Virus record (IMG/VR): IMGVR_UViG_3300035670_000008
Location: 1 to 64,000 of that record
Strand: one strand, 5' to 3'
DNA length: 64,000 bases
Shown here in pieces: positions 56,196-64,000 of this stretch. Both the position numbers and the translations under genes were made by a program. Position 1 is the first letter of the stretch. Each line of letters begins with the position of its first letter. The notes under the pieces were generated by a model that had not been told where the DNA came from, ran no database searches, and saw only the letters and a list, made by a program, of their open reading frames with translations.

Positions 56196-57542
56196 TTACT
56201 CGCCGGTTAACCGGTCGGATACATCTTTAGGTATCTTAGCAGCTACGAAGGTGCGGCACTGCTGGGAATAAGGCACAGGGTCAATAAATAAACACCAGCG
56301 CCGGTCTAGGGTTGAGTAGGCTTGGGTTAACGTCACCAGTGACTTGGGAGCGTCCTTAGACGGCAGTGCCCACTCATCTTCCAAATCATCCTCGTAGTCA
56401 TCGGACTCGTAAATACTCTGAGCTTCGCTGTCTTTGCTATGCTTGAGCATCGTGGACAGGGCCTGCTTTAAGTATTGATAGTTGACGACGATAGGCTGCC
56501 AAGGATCGTCTAAACCGTCCGGGGCTGCGTAGGTACTGAACGACCGCTCGCGCCCCAATATATCAGCCTGTTTGGTAATCAACAGCCGGGTGTTATCCAT
56601 ATCTTTCAGAAGGAGGTCTTCTGAGTTAGCCTTCTTCTTAGGCGTCTGGATGATGATTGCTTCGTAGAGCTGCTTTAGGTCAAAGACCCGTGTCGCTTCG
56701 TTCTCTAAAGGCGGGCTAGCTAGGATAACCGGAGCTACTTTGCTGACAGCTGGGTAGATATAGGACTCCATGACTGGGAGCGTAATCCCTCCGAGGTCTC
56801 CCTGAAAACGGATTTGAGTTGGCTGCTCTAAGTCGTTTACTAATATCACAACTGTGGGGTCGTCCTTGAATACTGAAGATACCCGAGGCAGATGACGGGC
56901 ACTAATCCCTAGGTTAATCTCTACGTCCTCTGGATGTAGCCGAGGTACCATCCCTTTGATATAGCTAATGCCGCTCTTACCAGTGAACTCAGTGCAGTAT
57001 AAGCTTAACGAATCATAGGTCTCGTCTTTTAACCAGACGGCTCGGTCGCTGGTGTCACCCTTACATTTGGAGAAGGTGTTGATGTAGTTGCAAGCCTTAC
57101 GGAATGCCCAGCCGTCAGTAAGCGCGCTTAACTTAACCCAATCGTATGTAGGCTCCTCGAAGGTTTCGATGTCTCCGCTATAAGTGTTGGACTCCAGGTT
57201 CGGCGGGTTGGCTGTATCCGTCATACATTGAACGGAGATAACATTCCGATTTGTACCTTTAAGCCGCAGACCGTGACGCTTCCACACATCATTAGAAAGT
57301 CGGCTCTTTAGGTCGTCTCCGTCTAATAAGAACTTAGTGCCGACCACACCGAATCCAGTGATGTAGCGGCTATACCAAGCCCCACCGATTAAATAGCTGG
57401 TGAGTTTACACCGCTCCGAATCGACCTGTTCTAGTAAGATATAGCGAAGGATATTACCCGGCTCTCGAGTCGTGTCCGGGTCGTACAGATAACTTAGCGC
57501 GGTGATTAACTCTTGCGCGTTACCGAAATCAATATAATTCAT
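56196..57542 (-). CDS. putative divergent beta sliding clamp (DnaN-like)
   Basis: ELITAL...ILRYILLE....KLT...FLLDGDDL and IVVNYQYLKQAL resemble DnaN domains I and III. Confidence 0.45.
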   Translation of the reverse strand: MNYIDFGNAQELITALSYLYDPDTTREPGNILRYILLEQVDSERCKLTSYLIGGAWYSRYITGFGVVGTKFLLDGDDLKSRLSNDVWKRHGLRLKGTNRNVISVQCMTDTANPPNLESNTYSGDIETFEEPTYDWVKLSALTDGWAFRKACNYINTFSKCKGDTSDRAVWLKDETYDSLSLYCTEFTGKSGISYIKGMVPRLHPEDVEINLGISARHLPRVSSVFKDDPTVVILVNDLEQPTQIRFQGDLGGITLPVMESYIYPAVSKVAPVILASPPLENEATRVFDLKQLYEAIIIQTPKKKANSEDLLLKDMDNTRLLITKQADILGRERSFSTYAAPDGLDDPWQPIVVNYQYLKQALSTMLKHSKDSEAQSIYESDDYEDDLEDEWALPSKDAPKSLVTLTQAYSTLDRRWCLFIDPVPYSQQCRTFVAAKIPKDVSDRLTGE

Positions 57543-57567
57543 TTTGTTTAATAGGGTTTTGAGCTTT

Positions 57568-57996
57568 CTATCGGCTCTTTTCTTCGTCTTCTAGTTCTCT
57601 GCTGAGTTTTTCTATTAAATTCTGGAGCCGGCAGCTGTCATCCCCCGGGACTCTAGGGAGTGGCAGCTCGGTATTAGGCCATAGGTAGATATCCCCGCAG
57701 ATGCAATGCAGCTCCGTTAAGCCGGCTATCTTAACAGCGGAGGGCATTCGACAGTTAGCACAATGCTTAATCTCCCATTCCTCAGCTTCCAATTCCCCAA
57801 TGGAGCAGTCAGTCAGCGATAGATACACAAACCACCGCTGTTCCCAGATAGACTCCCAGAACTGGTTAAACTCGGTAGAATAACCGTTTAACCCTCGGAC
57901 GGCAGGTGTGTCTAATAACTTACCACCGGACTCCAGACGCTTACCGGCCTGTAGCCACAACCCAACGTAGTGTTTTAACTCTTGTTTGGTAGCCAT
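57568..57996 (-). CDS. conserved cyanobacterial hypothetical protein (host-like)
   Basis: MAT..ELK.Y...W.Q.GK...YS.EF..W...YL..TD..I.EL...WE...CA.C.MP...WPNTELP.PR.P. Confidence 0.75.
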   Translation of the reverse strand: MATKQELKHYVGLWLQAGKRLESGGKLLDTPAVRGLNGYSTEFNQFWESIWEQRWFVYLSLTDCSIGELEAEEWEIKHCANCRMPSAVKIAGLTELHCICGDIYLWPNTELPLPRVPGDDSCRLQNLIEKLSRELEDEEKSR

Positions 57997-57999
57997 AGT

Positions 58000-58665
58000 C
58001 TAGTAGTTCCAACGGATGCGACCAGGTCTAAGATCCAAATGGCAAAAGCCTTTTTTAGCTCCATACCCTAATGCTTTATCCCACTTGCCGTCCAACCACT
58101 TCTGGAATTGATAGATGTCCTTTCCGACTGGGTAGATGTCAGCAGCACTGCCGTTGATGTGCTGGCTGTTGGACACACCACCAACGGCTCGGTTGACTGC
58201 AGGCGGGCGGTACCAGCTAGTTACGCCAATAGGGCCTCCCCAAGCTTCACGAACTTCGTCCAATTCCTTAGCTAACCGTAGGATGTTGTTAATTACATTT
58301 GCATCTCTGGGTATCCGGCGAGGGTCACCTTTGGTCACGTCGTTGACGGTGAAGTATTTGCAAATCCGTTGAGCAGGATTCTTCCAATTGATTTCATCTG
58401 CGCTAGGTATTTTACCAACCTGCTCAGCTAAGTCTATCAGCAGCTTTGCGGAGCCGGGGCCTAGTAATTTAGGCTCGCCTTGGTTCGTAGCCAGCTTAAA
58501 GCGAATGAACGCTGCCTTTGTTTTAGGCCCGCAGACCCCATCTACGTGGTCTAGGTAACCTGCTTTAGTAAGGGCCGCTTGGAAGTCCTTACAGAGCTCC
58601 TCGTCAGCATTTAATTCATCTAGGGAGATGACTTTTTTACCATTGGCGAAGGTAGCTAACTTCAT
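58000..58665 (-). CDS. endolysin: peptidoglycan-binding domain + peptidase M15
   Basis: Q.AL...GY...VDG.CGPKT; TSWYRP...N..VGG..NSQH..G.AADI, HLDLR. Confidence 0.9.
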   Translation of the reverse strand: MKLATFANGKKVISLDELNADEELCKDFQAALTKAGYLDHVDGVCGPKTKAAFIRFKLATNQGEPKLLGPGSAKLLIDLAEQVGKIPSADEINWKNPAQRICKYFTVNDVTKGDPRRIPRDANVINNILRLAKELDEVREAWGGPIGVTSWYRPPAVNRAVGGVSNSQHINGSAADIYPVGKDIYQFQKWLDGKWDKALGYGAKKGFCHLDLRPGRIRWNY

Positions 58666-58868
58666 GGTTGAGGGCCTTTAGTAGGAGGTTTACGTTGAGT
58701 TCTGTTAACAGCTCTTAAGTCAGGGCTTAAGACGGCTAAGCCTGAAGACATAAAGGTATAGAAGGCGTTGTTCCACACATCCTTTACTCGGTCGGGCACG
58801 TAGATTGAGGATACTAACAATGCTATAGATACTCCTAGCAGGCTAGCCCCCAGGGCAGTTTGGTTCAA
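58662..58868 (-). CDS. putative holin-like membrane protein
   Basis: two hydrophobic segments, basic tail, overlaps the endolysin start. Confidence 0.45.
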   Translation of the reverse strand: MNQTALGASLLGVSIALLVSSIYVPDRVKDVWNNAFYTFMSSGLAVLSPDLRAVNRTQRKPPTKGPQP

Positions 58869-58903
58869 TGGTGTAGCTCCGAAGCTCTACACCATCAACC
58901 TAG

Positions 58904-59122
58904 TTAATACTGGGCGATTTCTAGTAGGTGCTTGGCTTCCTCTACGGATCGGTACATCATATCGTAGACGTTCTCACAAGGCGTGCCTGCTTGGATGTGG
59001 GCGCAGTAAATCCTTAGGGAAGCGTCCTCTAATTTATTCAGCGGGGCATCGGGGTCTAGTGAATACCCGTAAACTCTAGCCCCACTGCGTTGGGCGAATA
59101 GGTCTCTCGTCAAAGCATCCAT
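58904..59122 (-). CDS. hypothetical protein
   Basis: packed ORF. Confidence 0.5.
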   Translation of the reverse strand: MDALTRDLFAQRSGARVYGYSLDPDAPLNKLEDASLRIYCAHIQAGTPCENVYDMMYRSVEEAKHLLEIAQY

Positions 59123-59124
59123 AT

Positions 59125-59307
59125 TTAGTCATTGTGATAAGGGATAGCCCCGATATCTACTTCGTGGGTGTCTAAGAGCTCTACAGGCTCTTCAGGCAAC
59201 AACTTTTCCTGAGCTACTATGTCGATAGCTTCCTGGAGGTTGCTCGCCTTGATTTTAACGATACCGGCGCATTCGTAGATAACGGGGATTTTGAAGACTC
59301 GCTTCAT
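59125..59307 (-). CDS. small hypothetical protein
   Basis: IKASNLQEAI pattern. Confidence 0.5.
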   Translation of the reverse strand: MKRVFKIPVIYECAGIVKIKASNLQEAIDIVAQEKLLPEEPVELLDTHEVDIGAIPYHND

Positions 59308-59340
59308 AGGTGAAATGGCTACACTATACTATTCTTTAGC

Positions 59341-60348
59341 TTAGTGTGCCCAGACAGGGGCGATAGCGAACTCGGCTTTGCCTTTAATCTCAGAGCCCAT
59401 TCGTTGGAACATCTTCGTCTGAGTATCTTCCATGACTTGTTTGCACAGCTTCGCCCAATGTAAAGCCTCTTCGTCGTAGCCAAACTTAATCTTGGTGACG
59501 ACGCCGTCCTCGATTTTGCATCCATCCCAATCAACCCAGACTTTGCCGGGGGCTTGAATGAGTACTTCATCGTGACATTGACCTATTAGGGCAGGCGGGG
59601 TTTCTAGGTGGGCGTATGGCTCGAAAGTTTCATCCAACGTAATCATTGATTCTTTTGTTTGTATGCTTGAGAGTCCCTGCACTTGGAAATTAACGGCAGC
59701 TCGTTCTGCGGATTCACCCTCTTTTCCGCCTGCTCTTTCTTCTGCTACCCAGCGATTTACGTTATAACCATAAGGTAGAACGGCGTAGCCGCGGGCTGCT
59801 GCAATCCGACCTACCTCCTCCGCCCACTCATAGTAGCCAGTGTAGGTATTACGGTGGTTCTTAACCCATCCTTCCGCAATCTCTAACTTAACATGGTTTC
59901 GTTCGCTAATAGATTGAACGGTTGATAGGTATAGCATCGCAAAATTCAAAGTTTTTGCTGTGTCTCTGGGGCATCTCTTATCTCCAAAGAGAAAAGCGCG
60001 GGCGATGGCTTCCCACTCGTCTTCAGTTTTACCTACGAATCTTTCAGGAGCTATACAGTTAACGGCTGTTAACGTGTGGTAGTCAGAACGAGGGTTGTTA
60101 TATACTTTCCCTTCAGGAGTAGTTAGTTTTTCTGGAACTAGGAAAGACTCACACATAATTGGGTCTTTCGAGACGACCGCAGCCACACGGATTTCCTGGC
60201 TAGCAAAATCACAGCTAATGATGACCCCACGTTGTGTGCAGAAGCCGTTGCGGGGGTTACTGACAAACTCTAGCTGCTCTACAGTAGGTGCCTGGGCTAC
60301 GCCGGCTGTGGTGCCATTAGATTTAGGTCTGGTTAGTAGTTTACGCAT
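59341..60348 (-). CDS. polA: family A DNA polymerase, C-terminal catalytic part
   Basis: motif A DFASQEIRV, motif B RDTAKTLNFAMLY, N.QVQG, motif C HDE; start MRKLL at a TAATG overlap. Confidence 0.9.
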   Translation of the reverse strand: MRKLLTRPKSNGTTAGVAQAPTVEQLEFVSNPRNGFCTQRGVIISCDFASQEIRVAAVVSKDPIMCESFLVPEKLTTPEGKVYNNPRSDYHTLTAVNCIAPERFVGKTEDEWEAIARAFLFGDKRCPRDTAKTLNFAMLYLSTVQSISERNHVKLEIAEGWVKNHRNTYTGYYEWAEEVGRIAAARGYAVLPYGYNVNRWVAEERAGGKEGESAERAAVNFQVQGLSSIQTKESMITLDETFEPYAHLETPPALIGQCHDEVLIQAPGKVWVDWDGCKIEDGVVTKIKFGYDEEALHWAKLCKQVMEDTQTKMFQRMGSEIKGKAEFAIAPVWAH

Positions 60349-60548
60349 TAAACAAAGATATATCGGTGGTCTGGGATTTGACGGATGAGCTCCACGCATT
60401 CGTGGGCAGCTTCCTCGTCTACAAAGATTTTAGCCTTTGAGCGGTCGAATGTTAGCACTGGGCTGATGAACCCACGATTCTTCACAGCACCAATGATAAA
60501 CGCGGCGGCTCCCTGATAAAAAAACGATGGACGAAAATATTTGAACAT
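60348..60548 (-). CDS. small hypothetical protein
   Basis: coupled to the polA C-terminal gene by TAATG. Confidence 0.5.
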   Translation of the reverse strand: MFKYFRPSFFYQGAAAFIIGAVKNRGFISPVLTFDRSKAKIFVDEEAAHECVELIRQIPDHRYIFV

Positions 60549-60587
60549 AGGCTAGCTTGGGTAATAGAACAGTTTTCTAAGTTTGCT

Positions 60588-60920
60588 ATGGTTTCTTTTT
60601 TCTCTTTTCTTTTAGGTATAGGGGTTTCACTTTTAGTACTAGGTCTTACTGAAGCAGTTATTAAACCACTTGCGACAAAGACGACTAAATACTATATCAA
60701 GGCTTATGTGCCTAAATTATTAGACTATTTAGATGAGTTCTTGCCGGTATGGTTTGGTAACCTGTCGGAGGAAGAAATTAGACAAGAACTTATCCGATTC
60801 CTTTGGACAGAGGCTACAGAACAAGGCGAGCGTATTGAAGAAACTCAAGTAGAGGAGATAATCAACACTGCAGAATCAACTTACTCTTTCTTTAAGAACG
60901 CGTCTAAACTATTAAGCTAA
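60588..60920 (+). CDS. membrane-anchored hypothetical protein
   Basis: N-terminal transmembrane helix; TAATG-coupled to the next gene. Confidence 0.6.
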   Translation: MVSFFSFLLGIGVSLLVLGLTEAVIKPLATKTTKYYIKAYVPKLLDYLDEFLPVWFGNLSEEEIRQELIRFLWTEATEQGERIEETQVEEIINTAESTYSFFKNASKLLS

Positions 60921-61984
60921 TGTACGAACAACTATCTTTATCTTTGGAAGAAGTCGACCTCGATATTATATTAGACGATGCCGCCCTCCAGAAGGAAAAA
61001 GAAAAGTATAACTTACTCCAACGTAAATATAAGACTGCTTTACGGGAGTTAAGCGATACAAAGCAGAGTCTAGAGATTGCTTTAAGCCTTAAAGCCCAAA
61101 GAGAAAAACTGTCGGTGTGCGCCATTCAAACTAGCGCCTCCGAGACCGAATTACCAGAAGCTATTCCCATCATTATGTGGAGCGACTGGCACGTCGGTGA
61201 GCGGGTAGCCCCCGAGACCGTCGAGCACGTTAACTACTATAGTCCAGAGGTGTGTAGCCGTCGAGCAGACATCCTTTTTGAGAACACCGTCAATACGTTG
61301 CTGATGCTTAAGCATAGCTATACCATCCGTAACGTTATCATCTGGCTTGGCGGGGACTTTATCTCGGGGCATATCCACGAAGAGCTAATGGAGTCTAATT
61401 ATCTATCTCCTCCACAGGAGATACTCTACGTAGCTAACATCCTCAAGCGGGGTATTAACAAGGTCTGTGAGCAAGCTGGAATAGAGGTGGTTCACATCCC
61501 TTGTAACTTTGGTAATCACGGGCGGTTGACCCATAAGACGAGAGCTAGCACAGGGCATATTAACAACCTTGAGTGGATGATGTACTCTTTTCTAGCTCAA
61601 GATTTTGAGGATAACCCAAAGGTCACGTTTATGATTGCTGATGGGCCGATGATTCACTATGAAGTGTTTGACAAGCGCCTACGGTTTACCCATGGAGATG
61701 CAGTTAGCTACAGCGGTAGTGGGATGGGCGGGCCTTCTAATTCCATTCTCCGCTGGATCAACAAGCAGGACGCTAGTTCAATCGACTTTAAAGCCGACAT
61801 GACCTTTCTAGGGCATTTTCATACGACTATATTCGACCGCCGCTTTACTGTAAATAACTGTTTAATTGGAGCTACGCCGTACTCTATCCGGTGCGGCTTC
61901 CCGATTGAGCCAGCAGACCAGGCATTGGTACTTCTAGAGAAAGCTAAGGGGTTTACTTTACGTTATACTGTTGCTGCGGAGTGA
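60920..61984 (+). CDS. calcineurin-like metallophosphoesterase/nuclease with N-terminal coiled coil
   Basis: SDWHVGE, GGD, GNHGR, HGD, GHFH. Confidence 0.88.
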   Translation: MYEQLSLSLEEVDLDIILDDAALQKEKEKYNLLQRKYKTALRELSDTKQSLEIALSLKAQREKLSVCAIQTSASETELPEAIPIIMWSDWHVGERVAPETVEHVNYYSPEVCSRRADILFENTVNTLLMLKHSYTIRNVIIWLGGDFISGHIHEELMESNYLSPPQEILYVANILKRGINKVCEQAGIEVVHIPCNFGNHGRLTHKTRASTGHINNLEWMMYSFLAQDFEDNPKVTFMIADGPMIHYEVFDKRLRFTHGDAVSYSGSGMGGPSNSILRWINKQDASSIDFKADMTFLGHFHTTIFDRRFTVNNCLIGATPYSIRCGFPIEPADQALVLLEKAKGFTLRYTVAAE

Positions 61985-62185
61985 GTTCAAAGCCTGTCTC
62001 CCTTTTTTGGTTAGTTTATACGGGGCCTTACCGAAAATAAGGCCCTTGTTTTTTAGGGTTATAAGGGCCTGAGCGATGTCCGAGCTATCCGTTAGGCAAT
62101 CGACTGGATAGGCAATGCTATCATTTACGCCGAAAGCCAAGAGGACTTCAGTCTCCGCCGGGTTGAGTTGGTTGAATGACTTCAC
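61958..62185 (-). CDS. small winged-helix protein
   Basis: AL.TLKNKGLI....YKLTKKGRQAL. Confidence 0.55.
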   Translation of the reverse strand: MKSFNQLNPAETEVLLAFGVNDSIAYPVDCLTDSSDIAQALITLKNKGLIFGKAPYKLTKKGRQALNSLRSNSIT

Positions 62186-63530
62186 TAGGGAAAAACTCTT
62201 CTTTAGGCATGGTTATCTTACAAGTAGTTCTGCCAGATTGTTGCTGCATGTTGGGAGTTGCGGCCGACATCCGTGACGTAGCGGCGCCCAGCTGGTCATA
62301 AGAGCAATGGATTCGCCCCGTTGCTACGTTGATATACTTCCGTAAGTCCATACCATCCTGTTTAGTGAGCTTTTTGAACTTTAAGATGGCTTTTACTACC
62401 GGGGTTAGTTGTAGCAAGGCGGATTCTTCCAACTCCAGGAACTCGCTGTAGAGTTCAGCCTCTTCTACGTCGACGAATACCTCCTGAGCCGTCTGCTGTC
62501 GGTTCTCGGAGGCGGCGAAGATATCTAAGAGTTCGCAGGCTCGGCGTAGACCCTCTGCCTGGGTGGAGTCAAACTTTTCAAGTTTCAACCCAACGTTAAT
62601 GAGTTTTAGCAGCTCGGTGCTAGACCGAAGGGTGCTAAGCGCTCGACGTGTGGGTTGTTCTTTACCGTTACCTAAATCAATCGGCTGGTCGAGGTTGAAC
62701 TCGTAGCTAAGATAGACTGCGACTTCCTCCATCTCTTGTCTAATTCCTTCCTGGAAGTAACCCATCATCTTCCGGTCGGCTGGCATACCAATGTATTCCA
62801 TTTTGGCGATGACGGAGACTAGGCGCATCTCTCTATCTAAGGACTCCTGCATCCCTAGACCCCAATCGTCGCTGTGGTTACCAGTTTGATTCAGGTCGGT
62901 ATGCGGCATGGGAGTAACTAACGTCTTAGTTTGTATCTCCCGGATGGGAAACAAATACTGTACGTCGTTAGCCGCGTAGGTTAACTTACCCAACCAGTAT
63001 TCGTTCTCCAGGTTTCTACCGCTTAAGTCTAGCGCCCAGCTACTGACTCGCTCTTCTTTCTTCCCGGTGATACGGACGTTGAGTAGCTCTCGACAGATGT
63101 CAGCGTAGCCGTGACCTAACTGTCTAGCGACTTTAGAACCAGTAGCATTACCGATAAGCTTACTAGCCACAACAACATCAAAGACATTCTTGAACCATAC
63201 TCCAAACTCGTTATATAAGAACTTGAGGTCGAATCTCAGGTTTGCTCCCAGGATTCGGTCGGTCTTTAGTAGTAAATCTCGTAGCGGGGCTCTATCGTAA
63301 TCTAGAGCCCGTAGCCACGCTAAGTCAAAAATAAGGGGCTGCCCTTCCGCCCGCTTGAGGATTAGAAGGCTAATCTCAGCTGTATGGGCGTCTAAAGCAG
63401 ACCCTACGGTTTTATACGTCCCGCGAACGGAAGTCTCTACGTCGAGGGCCAGTGCCGCTGTGGAGCTGCTGAGCATTTCAACAGCGGCTTGGTAGTCCTC
63501 TAGGGTGGTGATGTATTTAAAGGAACTCAT
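62148..63530 (-). CDS. polA: family A DNA polymerase, N-terminal part (3'-5' exonuclease + thumb)
   Basis: ExoI DVET, ExoII N.RFD, ExoIII YAAND, ME..G, GRIH.SY.Q..AATSRMS...PNMQQ. Confidence 0.9.
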   Translation of the reverse strand: MSSFKYITTLEDYQAAVEMLSSSTAALALDVETSVRGTYKTVGSALDAHTAEISLLILKRAEGQPLIFDLAWLRALDYDRAPLRDLLLKTDRILGANLRFDLKFLYNEFGVWFKNVFDVVVASKLIGNATGSKVARQLGHGYADICRELLNVRITGKKEERVSSWALDLSGRNLENEYWLGKLTYAANDVQYLFPIREIQTKTLVTPMPHTDLNQTGNHSDDWGLGMQESLDREMRLVSVIAKMEYIGMPADRKMMGYFQEGIRQEMEEVAVYLSYEFNLDQPIDLGNGKEQPTRRALSTLRSSTELLKLINVGLKLEKFDSTQAEGLRRACELLDIFAASENRQQTAQEVFVDVEEAELYSEFLELEESALLQLTPVVKAILKFKKLTKQDGMDLRKYINVATGRIHCSYDQLGAATSRMSAATPNMQQQSGRTTCKITMPKEEFFPSEVIQPTQPGGD

Positions 63531-64000
63531 CGAGCTCAGGGATAGGGTACAGTTGGGAAGAAGCCCGCCCGAGGGTTTTGTAGGGTTTCTTCTTCAGGAA
63601 TTTGTCGAGAGCCCACATAGACCGTAGATACAAATCTTGGCTGGTGGCGAACTCACGGTGATGGCGGCGGTTAAGAATATGCCCACGGAGCAGGATAGCA
63701 ACGGACTCTTCGTCTCCCGAGTATAACCCAGTATCAACGACTTCCATGAAGCGAGCTAGGACAGCTTTATCCTCTCCTAATACTAGAGCCCGAACGATAA
63801 TCGAACGGTAGGGGGCATAGGAGATATTAGACGTCCCGAAGCGCTGTGCTGCAAAAGCAATCTCTTCGCTGTATTTCTCGTAGGTCTCGATGATTTTAAC
63901 CCGGCTGACCTTCTTCATATCCCGGATGTTACTGCCGTAGGTGAAGTACAGGTACTTAGCAATGGACAGCTGGTGTTTATTGGTCTCCACCCCGATAATC
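63517..64000 (-). CDS. hypothetical protein, N-terminus outside the window
   Basis: frame stays open to the window edge. Confidence 0.55.
   Translation of the reverse strand, partial: IIGVETNKHQLSIAKYLYFTYGSNIRDMKKVSRVKIIETYEKYSEEIAFAAQRFGTSNISYAPYRSIIVRALVLGEDKAVLARFMEVVDTGLYSGDEESVAILLRGHILNRRHHREFATSQDLYLRSMWALDKFLKKKPYKTLGRASSQLYPIPELDEFL

Noticed and set aside
60349-62147. Split intein or intron joining the polA halves
   Set aside because: No intein N- or C-terminal signatures, and the interval is occupied by ordinary genes on both strands.
1-64000. tRNA or rRNA genes; stop-codon recoding
   Set aside because: No cloverleaf or rRNA-like tract was seen in the few intergenic gaps, and genes are full length and tightly packed under the standard code.

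Overview
This window is a 64-kb segment of a large lytic dsDNA phage that very probably infects a cyanobacterium, judged from two cyanobacteria-type hypothetical proteins recognised from memory. 1-19.5 kb: a minus-strand run of small accessory genes, including three Bro-N proteins, MazG, a metallophosphoesterase, RlpA-like, DUF433, DUF2283 and DUF1653 proteins, plus a plus-strand HNH cassette. 19.6-34.9 kb: nucleotide metabolism and replication genes (class Ia RNR alpha with a LAGLIDADG intein, RNR beta, HU-fusion, Cas4-like nuclease, RuvC-like, DnaG, SF2 helicase, DnaX-like clamp loader). 35-52 kb: a plus-strand tail fibre/receptor-binding module ending in four tandem paralogues. 52-64 kb: Dps, SNF2 helicase, UDG-like protein, putative beta-clamp, endolysin and a family-A DNA polymerase split into two genes. 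The most unusual signals are: (1) a family of 27-bp quasi-palindromes with co-varying arms, found in frame at the same position inside the Bro-N genes and also as free intergenic copies, including a three-copy array; (2) an HNH endonuclease inserted into a gene while carrying an intact paralogue of that gene; (3) a split PolA alongside bacterial-type clamp and clamp-loader genes; (4) a recurrent 20-bp upstream motif. All family assignments come from motif recognition, not database searches.
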